A stretch of DNA of 64,000 nt from Octopus bimaculoides (lineage: Eukaryota), in NCBI RefSeq assembly GCF_001194135.2, contig NC_068984.1, positions 139,216,653 to 139,280,652 of the forward strand. Direction: 5' to 3'. Below the pieces are notes generated by a model. The model had not been told where the DNA came from. It searched no databases and worked only from the letters and a program-made list of their open reading frames with translations. This document shows, in pieces, positions 52,700 through 64,000 of the stretch (position 1 is the first letter of the stretch; every line of letters begins with the position of its first letter). The position numbers and the translations under genes are program-made.

Positions 52700-53230
52700 A
52701 ATATATAACAACCTAGATTAATAGATTGAGGTTCTGGATAAAGTTGTTTAGACTTGGATCAACAGTGTATGCAATGGAAGCCCTTATATCTTTCAACAAG
52801 ATTCTGCACCATCACATAAGTCTCAAATGACAAGAATGAATGACCAACAATTTGCATGAACACATCACCCACAATATTTTGCCCCATAAATCTCCAGATC
52901 TCAATCCGCCGGACTATTATGTATGGAGCATCGTTGAGAAAATGACAATGAATTCCTCCGTAACACCAAAGATTTTTGAAAGTCGCCATAATTCGAGTAA
53001 TGTCCGATATGAACAAGGGCCATCTAATCCGAGCTTGTAAACGATTCCGATCCCGCGTAGAGGAAGTTATCGATGCTTATGTTGGTTTTATTGAAGGAAA
53101 TTATTAAATTGACAATTTAGCTTTAATCTGTACGTAATTTTTATAAAAATACAGTTTGTTTTCCTGTTTCCATATAAACGTTTTTCTTAAAAACCATTAA
53201 TCTGTCCTCAAATACCGTCCGCACTCTGTA
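52700..53230 (+). mobile_element. maT (DD37D) transposase 3' fragment with right TIR
   Basis: YIFQQDSAPSHKSQMT..MTNNLHEHITHNILPHKSPDLNPPDYYVWSIVE..IRACKRFRSRVEEVIDA. The D-to-D spacing is 37 after repairing one frameshift. TIR ends ccgcactctg|ta. Confidence 0.85.
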
Positions 53231-53310
53231 TTTATGCGCTCCAAATACACGGTTAAAAGTAATTTACGATATTTCATGTATTTATATTTAACCTAATATA
53301 TTCTCTGTGT

Positions 53311-53368
<58 letters not shown>

Positions 53369-53794
53369 GTATGCATGCGTATTTGTGTCTGTGTGTTACC
53401 TGTTTAACATTTTAGTACTGTCTGTACTTCATTTATCTTTCAATCCTGCGTTGTATTCTAGACATCCTTTATTTATTCTCTTTCCAATTTTTTAAACTAT
53501 TCCCTTTAAATATCTTATTATGCTATCAAGTCCCATATTACCCTCCTCCTTTCTCTTCTCCCCATCGCTCTTATTTTCCTTTCTCTATCTCCGTTTTTTT
53601 TTTTACTTGTCGTTCAAGCTATCTTCTACTGCTTTGTTTTCCATAATTCTTTCATATCATTTTACTTTACTTTCTTAGTTTCTATAATTTTTTTATCCTT
53701 CTTTTCTTTCCTTACTTCATTTTAAGTTTATATCTTCCCGACAAATTCCTTTCGTAGCTTCTCTTCTCTTTATCCCTTCTTTTATATTCTATTT

Positions 53795-53925
<131 letters not shown>

Positions 53926-54472
53926 TTGTCTGACTAATATTACCGTGTCTTAGTCATTTTTTCTCTTCAAATATCAATTTCTGTTATGCTTCTCAAGCTT
54001 TTTTTCTGTTAATTTTATCTTTGTTTCATATTTCGCTCCTTTGTCACACACCGTCTCACCATATCTTATCAATTCCACATTTAAATTTCAGGTAAAAAAT
54101 ATAAGTAATCGCAGATTTAAAAAAAAAGTCTACTTTATCGAAAGAGATCAAAGAATTTGGAATAATATTAAGCATTCTTTTATTTCTTACATCTAAATAC
54201 GGTTTCATGAATATCAAATATATGAAATGAAACAAGAATTTAAAATAGATTCTATACATCATTNNNNNNNNNNNNNNNNNNNNNNNNNNNNNNNNNNNNN
54301 NNNNNNNNNNNNNNNNNNNNNNNNNNNNNNNNNNNNNNNNNNNNNNNNNNNNNNNNNNNNNNNNNNNNNNNNNNNNNNNNNNNNNATATATATATATATA
54401 TATACATATGCGCACGCATATAAACACGCACACATGTGTATATATATATGTGTGTGTGTATGAATGTATATA

Positions 54473-55679
54473 TTGGGTCACCTCATTAATGTAGTTTTTT
54501 TTCAATTACATCGACTAAAAGTCAGGGTGCAGCGGAATAAACTACCTGCATTAACTTGCTATAAAAGCGGGTAATAATTTTACCTTGTACTTATTCTTAG
54601 TGCAAATTTTGAAGAGTGCAATTCGATTTTAACAGTTATGTTGTCGAAGCTATAATGGAAGCGACAAAGACATATTTTGCTTTATGAGTTCAATAAAGAC
54701 AACACAACAACGCAACAGAAAGTACAAGAAATATTTATGCAGTATATAGGGATCGGACAATAAGCATAAGCCAGTTTCAACGGTGGTTCCAGAAATTCCG
54801 AGCCAGAAACTATAGCCTAGAAGACTAGACTCGTCCTGGAAGGGCTGTAGAGCTCGACGATGACATCCTGCAAACTCTGGTGGAACAAAATCGCATCGTA
54901 ACTGTTGAGGAACTAGGAGAGAAGCTTGGAGTTGGTCATTCAATCAGTCATCGATACCTGTGTCTTCTCGGAAACGTCAGCAAATTGGGTCAGTGGGTTC
55001 CTCACAAACTTACCTAGAGTGAATATGTGCTCTGCTTTGCTGTCATGTCTCGCGCATGAACCTTTTTTGGGACCAAATAATGACTGGAGACAAGAAATGG
55101 GTCCTCTATAAAAATGTCAAGTGCCGAAGATATTGGGTTGGGAAAGGAGAAACGCCGGTACCCCAGGCATGGTCTTCATCCTCTATTTGGCGGGATATGA
55201 AAGGTTTAGTTCACTCTGAACTTTTAAAACAAAACCAATTGATAACAAAGGAGATCAACTGTAATCAACCTGAAAGGTTTAAGTCAGCACTAGATGAAAA
55301 ACGACCATCTTTGATTGCAAAGAAAGGTGTTCTCCTATCAGGATAATGCTCTACCACATAAAGTGAGGATGACATTCGAAACTATTGAGCAGTTTGAATG
55401 GGAAACGATGCCTCACCCACCATATTCGCCGGACATTGCCCCATCTGATTATTATTTATTCCGTAATCTTCAATATTATTTGGACGGAAAAAATATGAAT
55501 TCTGTAGACGATGTGAGAACAGTACTGGAGGAGTATTTTTCGTCACAGACAAGTGGATTTTAGAAGAAGGGCCTTGCAAGTCTACTATATAGATGGAAGA
55601 GCATTGTAGAAAATGAACTTTGATTATCTTAATTTTGATAAATAAAAGAAATACTAAAAAACCGCATTATTTATGGGAT

Positions 55680-55686
<7 letters not shown>
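54473..55686 (+). mobile_element. Full-length mariner (DD34D) relic with both TIRs and TA TSD
   Basis: TIRs ta|ttgggtcacctcattaatgtagttttt and aaaaaccgcattatttatgggataatccaa|ta. ATG at 54655; YEFNK, QRWFQKFRA, WVPHKL, QIMTGDKKWVLYKN, QDNALPH and HPPYSPDIAPSDYYLFR, with several frameshifts and deletions. Confidence 0.93.
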
Positions 55687-55724
<38 letters not shown>

Positions 55725-55727
<3 letters not shown>

Positions 55728-55785
55728 TATTAAACCTTGGGAGAGGCATTATGCCGGTAATAAATGCACACTAAATACACATACG

Positions 55786-55823
<38 letters not shown>

Positions 55824-55834
55824 GTTGGTGTGGT
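55725..55834 (+). repeat. Copy of the 48050-48115 module (65/66 identical, inverted) plus a 16-bp downstream motif
   Basis: tactattaaaccttgggagaggcattatgccggtaataaatgcacactaaatacacatacgaaata; tatatgttggtgtggt is the reverse complement of 47824-47839. Confidence 0.9.
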
Positions 55835-56300
55835 CTAGGAGAAGTGAACGCTATAAAGACGCATGTGCCATGGAGAGAGACGCAGGGGTGGCCAAAGAAT
55901 CATGGCCTGGGATGCTATAGGCCTGAATCAGAGAGTTGGGCCGAATGTGTTCCAAAATATTGGTGTAGGCTGGGGGAATGGCATCACAGTGCGTTGACCA
56001 GATCCTAAAACCTCACATCGTGCCCTTCTTTGTACTTTACCATAGCCAAGTATTCTAGCAGGACAATGCTCCTTCGCACACGGCCAGGGTCACCATGGAC
56101 TTCCTGCATTAGCACAGCGTCAGAACCATGCCACGGATTTCATCCCAATTGAACACCCGTGGGATGAAATCCAGAGGCGGCTGAACCAGGTGGTCTTAAG
56201 GACGATAACTCGTGTGGAACTGGAGGCCACTTTTCTCATGGTGTGGGTACAGCCGCCAATGGCTTTTGTGAACCGCCTCATGCCTGTGCTTGACTCTTCA
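55828..56300 (+). mobile_element. Tc1-like (DD34E) transposase catalytic-domain fragment
   Basis: VWSRRSERY..GGQRIMAWDAIG..ILKPHIVPF..F*QDNAPSHTARVTMDFL..IPIEHPWDEIQRRL, with stops and frameshifts. Confidence 0.82.
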
Positions 56301-56424
56301 AATCTAACAATCTAAAAAGTTGCTATTACAAACATAAGGTGTCCATCATTTTAGACCGGAAAAAGAACTAGTTTTAGAGATGATATGCAAATTTAGTAAG
56401 ATAACTCACTGCCAATGCATTTTC

Positions 56425-56830
56425 CAATTTTAGCAGGAGAAGGGATCAGTTGTTAATATCGACCCCAGTACTTGATAGGCATTTTATTTTATCGACACTG
56501 AAAGGATGAAAGGCAAAGTCGACCCTGTTGGTTTTAAAGTCATAATGTAGCGACTCGGAAGAAATACTGGCAAGTGTCATTTTTAAGGTCCTCTAATGAA
56601 TCTGCTAGCTCACTGCCTTAGAATCAATAGTAACAGCATAATTCAAAATAAAGCGGTTAGCTGGCAGAACCGTTAGTATGCCGGACAAAAAGCTTAGCGG
56701 CATTACTTCCGCCTTAATCTCCTCAGTTCAATTACCCGAAGGTCGACTTTAGCTTTCGACTTTTAGGGTTCAATAATAAAAATACCAATCTGGCACAAAA
56801 TTTCAGGTCTGTGCTTTTAGTAGAAAGGAA
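56425..56830. mobile_element. Divergent inverted pair of SINE A copies (56425-56615 minus, 56650-56830 plus)
   Basis: aaggatgaaaggcaaagtcgacc followed by agctggcagaaccgttag...ggtcgacttt. Confidence 0.75.
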
Positions 56831-57431
56831 TTTGATAAATCAAGTGAGAAGTGGAAAATCGCTCTTCCCAGACATTACCTTCCCACGAATTTGGAGATGA
56901 AAAACTATCTATTTGTCTGTCAGTTAAATCTGTCGTGATTTACATTTTTGAAAGAGTCACGGTCAAAAATTTCGAAATATTATTGCTTTTTGCAATTAAA
57001 TAAATCTCTTACAGTTTATCAAAGTAAATCTTTTATGAATTCCCGTTTCCTGTAAAATTTTCGTCTCGGTTCTTTATTGAAAAATGTATAAAAGAAAATG
57101 CAAAAAACATGTCAAGAATTATTAATGTACTTTATTTAGAATGCTCAGAAATATGTAAATTTATTCGTACTTTTTGTTTGATAACAACCAAGCGTATTAC
57201 TTTACTAAAAATACATTTCCTTGATATTGCTAATGCTCTTGTGAAAAGACGTTTTGCCGCTGAAAAAAAAAAAAAAAAGTCAAGCGCATATTGGCTAGAA
57301 ATCAATATTCCGGGGGAGACAATTGTAGTTTCGAAAAGATTTCTATACTGATGCATAAGAAATGATTGAATGTCACACTTCACACAACACTTACTGTAAA
57401 GAATTTTGTGAAAGAAAATACAACACAAAAA

Positions 57432-57434
<3 letters not shown>

Positions 57435-57488
<54 letters not shown>

Positions 57489-57711
57489 TAATAATAATAA
57501 TAATGATAATGAATAGCCTATGGCATATTGAAATTACTTTTCTTATCTGATTCAATTTCACTTGTGATATAAAATTATTCTGTGTTAGTGTAGTGATTGG
57601 GGTGAGAAGGAAACCGATATTTACTGGAACGTTCTGCTCCAGAGGTAGTCAACAGGCAAGTTGAACGATCAGTTCTAGACCGGAACACTTTCCGTACAGT
57701 GTGATTGTCTG

Positions 57712-57809
<98 letters not shown>

Positions 57810-57865
57810 GTATGTGTGTGTGTGTGTGTATGTGTATGTGTGTGTGTGTATGTGTGTGTGTGTTA
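57435..57865. repeat. (TAA)n (57435-57510) and (TA)n/(TG)n (57715-57862) microsatellites
   Basis: Seen directly. Confidence 0.9.
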
Positions 57866-58679
57866 GTAGACATAGATTTTAGACATAAAACGTATATATT
57901 TACTCTTGTATGTCAGTATTAACACTACACAATTAACGTTCATTTAGAAGCATTTATAAGTTCATGCATAACTTTACATGTATACACTCACTCACGAATA
58001 CATACACACATGTATCATTACTTTCTTAGTCTATACATATGTATGTATATGCCTATTATAAGATTGTAGCTTAGCTTTTAGATTGTATACACAAATCTAA
58101 ATGTTAGTAGGCATGCATATAAGAGTTTGGGCGTTGGAATGTGATTTGGCAGTTTATTTCGCAAATATGTTAATCCGGGGTCTGATCCACTGTTTGGCAT
58201 CTTAATCAAGAGTCTTCTGCTGTATCCTTTGGCGGACTGATGCCCTCGTTTGGACGAAAGCGTCTTTCAGATTATATATTTACTTTTGTATCAAGCAACG
58301 GTTTCATTTTTCCTTCTGTACTTTTCGCTGGATTTTTTCACAGTAAGAGTGAAGCTGATATATACGAAAACAAACTCCATTTGAATATCATTTAAAATTC
58401 GGAGCACGTTTCTGGTAGCCAGAATAAAAACATATAGTTCAATTGAGATATATTACTCAGTAGCCTCCCGTATCCTATTGAAGGAGTTTAAAAAACGAAC
58501 AAAACACAAAGATAATTATTTAGGTAATTCCGTTCTGAATTTACTACAAGGATACAATGATTGTAGTTTTTTAAAGATAACTATAGATGCCGGTAGCATA
58601 TTTTATCATCGACTACAAGTGAAAAAAAAAGTCTAACAAGTCTACCAGAGTGATATTTGAGTTGAGAGTCTACTTATAG

Positions 58680-59035
58680 GTATCCGGTCGCGCCGCTTGC
58701 ACGGATTCCAGTGACTCCCTGTCACCGTCCAGTTCCATTATTCATATCTGAATCGGGACCTTGAGTCATAATGAATCTTTCATTATCTGATAACACAAAG
58801 ATGGATGCCGCCTCTACGAATGAGTTGTAGTTACTCGTTTCAGAGAGGTTGGTGACCCTAACCGTCGATCTTCTAGGATTCCTCTGCTCAGTTCAGTTCT
58901 TTAGATGGCGTCTCTGTCATATTGCAGTTCCATGACCTCACCCTATCCTTCGTTGCGTGGATGAAGGGGTGCTTTGCCTTGCCAAAGGACAGCCCGCAAC
59001 TATGCAAGGCACGTCATCACTCCACTTGGTATTTT
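58680..59035 (-). mobile_element. Possible LINE 5' UTR/ORF-start fragment
   Basis: GC-rich island with a short minus-strand reading MTQGPDSDMNNGTGR*QGVTGIRASGATG. No catalytic motif is present. Confidence 0.25.
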
Positions 59036-59064
59036 CAAAATACCCGTATGCTATAATAAATTTT

Positions 59065-59260
59065 AAAATAGGCACAGTGTCTGAAATTTTGTGGCCGGGT
59101 GCAAATCGATAAAATTGACCACAATATTCAATTGATTTTTATTTTGACGACCTGGAAAGGATGAAAGACAAAGTCGACCACGGCTGATTTTGATTTCAAA
59201 ACGTAAAGATATGCGAAACACCGCTAAGCATTTCGTTCGGGATGCTAATGATTCTGGCCA
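59065..59260 (-). mobile_element. SINE family A
   Basis: gaaaggatgaaagacaaagtcgaccacgg...ccgctaagcatttcgttcgggatgctaatgattctggc. Confidence 0.8.
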
Positions 59261-60003
59261 AAAATCACGCACCAAAAGATTTTACGTTTTATTTGTATTA
59301 TGTTGTTATTATTATTATTGCTTTCACTCATCATTTAACACAACGCTTGTGTTCATTCGTATTTTATTTATTTTATTCTACTATCGAAAAATTGAAGCAT
59401 GTCTTTGTCTATTCCGGAGCGTATTGGACTTATTATGTGCATGACTTATAGCCCACCCTGTATATCTCGTTGTCTTTAAAGTATTTTATACCGTATACTA
59501 CAATATTCTAATTCTCGCATCTTAAATCCGTAGAGTGTAATTTGAAGAAGCTATTTTTAGCATGCCGCAATCGCGTAAAGGTTCTCTTGTTGAAGGCCAT
59601 GTTAATAATTGATTTTTCCATAGGTTCAAGATGACATACTTGCCACGACAACGATAGTGAAATGTATTGAGCGTAACATATTTCTGGGTTTGTATTTAGA
59701 AAACGCCCTCTTGCGACTAAAAGGGAAGGAACGCGGATGTTCTGGAAGTTACGCGTAACCTGAAATGAAGTTCAATAAGCTTAGGTTTGGACTTTTATCA
59801 CCATACATCAACTAATATTAGATAATGAAATAAAGAGTTATTTCTCGAAAATTGCAGAGACATAATTCTGAAAGAACCCACAGTAACCATTCATATTGGT
59901 AAATTTAAAAGCTAAATCCTTAGCGATTATTTATAGTTGTCTTCCCACTTCAATAATTATATATGTGTGTGTGTATGTGTGTGTACTTATACTTATATAT
60001 GAA

Positions 60004-60045
<42 letters not shown>

Positions 60046-60273
60046 NNNNNNNNNNNNNNNNNNNNNNNNNNNNNNNNNNNNNNNNNNNNNNNNNNNNNNN
60101 NNNNNNNNNNNNNNNNNNNNNNNNNNNNNNNNNNNNNNNNNNNNNNNNNNNNNNNNNNNNNNNNNNNNNNNNNNNNNNNNNNNNNNNNNNNNNNNNNNNN
60201 NNNNNNNNNNNNNNNNNNNNNNNNNNNNNNNNNNNNNNNNNNNNNNNNNNNNNNNNNNNNNNNNNNNNNNNNN

Positions 60274-60376
<103 letters not shown>

Positions 60377-61032
60377 TCGGTAAACAAAACCCTATATAGA
60401 TTATTATATGTTGTACAATAATCATGCAGTTGTGTACATGTGTTTTCTAAATACTGAGCAGATGGCATTTGTAAAATGTTTATTTACATCATTAACAATT
60501 TATTTCGCCTAACAAAACATTATGTTATGATTTACTTTGTGATATACGTTAGCTATTATTCACACGTCTTCTTTTACACACAACGGACATATACACAAAC
60601 ATGGACGCAAACATACATGTATACGTACATACATATATACATACATACACACAGGCAAGAATACACCGCATGATTGCATACTGTATGAATATATTTTCTT
60701 TGCATTCATAGAAACCTATGTGGTATTCTTTAAAAAAGAATAGTATCCACAATCATTTCGAAGTATTGACAGCAACAGTCCTATGGTGGCTTAGGTGGTC
60801 GAAGCTTCGAAGTTACTGTCAATAATATCCTTGTTAAAGAAGAATAAATTTGTACTCTACGAAATGTATTCAGTAGTCCATAAATTTAATCCAAAACTGT
60901 TTTTATTAGAACATAAACACAAAAATTAATGTGTGTGTATATATAAATGTATGTATTATGTATGTATGGATGCATGGATGGCTTGATGGAATATCGCTAC
61001 TATTAACACAGTAATTGTACGCTTATATATGT

Positions 61033-61408
61033 ACGTGGCCGTATAGTAAGAAGTTGCCTCTCAAACATATGATTCCGGGTTCAGTCCCACTGTATGGCAC
61101 CCCGGGTAAATGTCGTCCTCAGGCCGACTAAAGCCTTCTGAGTGGATTTGGTAGATGGAAACTGAAAAATGTCCGTCATGCATATAATATGAATATATAT
61201 TTATGTGTGTTATTGTATCCCCTCACCATCGCTTGACCGACGTTGGTGTGTTTATGTCCTCGTAACGTAGCGGTTGGGCCAATAAGAACCGATGGAATAA
61301 GTACTAGGCTTACAAAGAATAAGTCCTCGGATCGATTTGTTCGACTAAAGGCAGTGTTCCAGCATGGCCGCTGTCAAATTATTGAAACGTATAAATAAAA
61401 GAGCAAAA

Positions 61409-61410
<2 letters not shown>
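61033..61410 (+). mobile_element. SINE family B, full length
   Basis: ttccgggttcagtcccactgtatggcacc...aggccgactaaagccttctgagtggatttggtagatggaaactgaaa...ttcgactaaaggcagtgttccagcatggccgc. Confidence 0.88.
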
Positions 61411-61439
<29 letters not shown>

Positions 61440-61869
61440 NNNNNNNNNNNNNNNNNNNNNNNNNNNNNNNNNNNNNNNNNNNNNNNNNNNNNNNNNNNNN
61501 NNNNNNNNNNNNNNNNNNNNNNNNNNNNTATATATAAAGGCAAATAAGAAATTGGAGAGGATAAACAATCGACAAACATCAGCCAGTGAACATTCAATGA
61601 TATCTATTTATTACAAACATGCGTGATTCAAGTAAACGAATGAAATAAGCTAATAAATACGTAAACAGATAAGCCAGTGATTTTTCTTACAGTATTTTTG
61701 TATGAGAATTTGGGGGTTAAAACTGTTCCATGCTTATATAGACATGTGGTTCGATTAGTGTATGCATAAATGTAGGTGTACATGCCTGCCTTTACCTTCT
61801 GTTTGAACATGTTTCTTTAATACTTAGGTGCATGTTTATAAGCATGAATGTATATAGGTGTATATGGGC

Positions 61870-62160
61870 CAAGGTGCGTGAATTCGTAGTTAGAGTATTC
61901 GGCTCGCGATTGTAAGGTCCTGGGTTCGATTCCGAAATGTTTTGTCTCTTAGAGCAAGGTTATTTATTTCATATTGCTCCCGTCCGCTCGGCTGGCAAAA
62001 TAAGTTGCTTTGGCCCATTTTATGTGACGCTGAATTTCCCTTAGAAGTACCTTAAGGATACGTGTGTCTGTGGAGTTCTCAGCCACTTGCACATTAGTTT
62101 CACAAGCAGGCTGTTTCTTGATCGGATCAATTCGAACACTCGACGCCATAACCAACAGAT
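61870..62160 (+). mobile_element. SINE family C
   Basis: gggttcgattcc B box; agcaaggttatttatttcatattgctcc; gtgtctgtggagttctcagccacttgcacatta tail. Confidence 0.8.
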
Positions 62161-63227
62161 TGCCATTAATGTGCATATGTATGCATATTTGTATGCACGT
62201 ATGTATGACTGTATGTATGCGTAGATACGTATACGTATATGTTATTTTTTTTTCCTTGATTGCTGATTAAAATTTTAATTTTTATAAAAATGGCTTGGAG
62301 ATTAAAATGAAATGACATTGTATTATAATGTTTAATGTTTTGAATTTTAATCTAAACATTAAAAATGTCAAATAAACTTGGCAGAATAATTTTGACGATA
62401 AATCCTCGAACAATAGGAATTACGTTGGTTGAATGCCTCAAACTGAATCTTCTTTGATGCAATGAAACTATATATTTAAAAACTATTAAAATCGAAACGA
62501 CAAATGAATGTCGTGACGGAAGTATTTTGTCTTTTATCTATAGCTATTAAGCTATAGTTATAAAGTTATTTTATTCGTTGAGACGCTCTTGTTACCAATA
62601 CACACACACGTGAGCACACACATACACATACATATACATGCGCGCGCACAAACTGATTGTCTAGCACTTCAGGTTTATTGTAAATTAATTTGTTAATAAA
62701 GGAATTAATTAATCGATTAATTGGTTCCACGTTAAGAATGTTGCCTAACAATTGCAAAATTACTATAACAAAATTATTACTGTCTTCATATACGTTTCAA
62801 ATTCTAAGCATCAATTAATTATTGTACGTTTGTCTTCTTTTTTATTCTTAAAGTTCCATACTTTCACTACTCTAGTTCGCTCTTTCACACGTTCCTTCTA
62901 ATTAAAACAATGTGCATCGAGGCAATGGGATATATACATGATCTGCAATAATTAGTGACCAATCCTTTCAATGCAAGACTTTTTATTTAATTTTATTTGG
63001 TTTCTCAACACCCAGAATACATTTAATTAATTTATAACTTTCTATATCTTTCTAATTTCAGATTTGAATTACGCCGTGTACAATTCATATATGTTAAAAA
63101 AAAGATTAAGACTGTAAGAAACATTTCTTGTTACGGTTAATGCATACGAGAAATATTTCTTGTTATAGTTAGTTGATATAATTGCCCTTATTTTAATATT
63201 TCCCTTAATTATAGCGAAACTAATAAC

Positions 63228-63297
63228 TAGAACTAAAGGCGGTGCTCCAGCATGGCCACAGTCAAAAGACTGAAACAAGTAAAAGAGTAAAAGAGTA
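63228..63297 (+). mobile_element. SINE family B extreme 3' end
   Basis: actaaaggcggtgctccagcatggccacagtcaaaagactgaaacaagtaaaagagtaaaaga. Confidence 0.8.
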
Positions 63298-64000
63298 TAC
63301 GTATGGTGCAGAGCACAATTTTATATGAGTATAAAGTGGTAATAAAAACAAAAACGATATGACACCAGAAAACAAATGTTAAGAACTTCATTAGCCAACA
63401 ACTACTGCTGCTACAAGATGTAGTGAAGTATTTGTTGAGTATTAGGAAAACATCCTATTGCTTCATCAAAGCCTTGAATATGAAGTGCATTTTATTTGGA
63501 AAAGTTACATTTTCAAGACATACAGCCGTTATGAGTGAGAAAGTTTATGTTGATTTCAAGGCTCTGATGAAACTCTAGGATGTTATCCTGGTACTCAACT
63601 AAGATTCCACCACGTCTTATAGCAGAAACAATTGTAAGCTAATGAAGTTCGTAACACCTGGCTTTTCCAGTGTCATCTCTTTGTTTTCTAATTGCCGTTA
63701 TGTCTGATGTTAAAAGATATGGAGTTACTTACTGTTAGTTAGACATAAGGAAAGCTCACAACGACCTTCCTTCATTTGGACCACAAATATTTGCGTAAAA
63801 GATTAATGTCCCTGGAAATTGTTATATAAATTCATTTATGTATATTATTTTTATTCGAACTATTTTGTCATCAGAGACCCTACACAATGTAGTTCCAAAC
63901 TAACTATGCTCGTGTGAATTCCGTTCAGAAAACTTGTGGCATTATTTATTCAAATACAAAAACTACCAGTTTGGGTCAGATTACATTTTGTTAAATGGTC

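Overview
AT-rich, repeat-dense eukaryotic (metazoan) DNA. The SINE repertoire, compound microsatellites and sized N-gaps next to (TA)n point to a coleoid cephalopod, most likely Octopus; this is inference from pattern recall, not a database search. About 7 kb is assembly gap (16 N-runs). I found no recognisable host protein-coding exon, and nearly all ORFs in the track are microsatellite or gap artefacts. Supported content: (1) about 30 copies or fragments of three tRNA-headed SINE families (called A, B and C here); (2) seven Tc1/mariner transposase relics (DD34D mariner, irritans-like 5' end, DD37D maT, DD34E Tc1), two with both TIRs; (3) two Tigger-like MITEs and one hAT-like MITE; (4) 3' fragments of two R4/Dong-like restriction-enzyme-like (REL) endonuclease retrotransposon families, one embedded in (TAA)n and one tied to (CATA)n; (5) several long inverted repeats. 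The most notable signal is a 158-nt hairpin at 48124-48281. Each arm carries a minimal type-I hammerhead-ribozyme fold with a CCGAUGA (U4C) core, an arrangement resembling inverted Penelope-like pseudo-LTRs. All alignments were done by eye, and repeat boundaries are approximate unless TIRs or TSDs are quoted.
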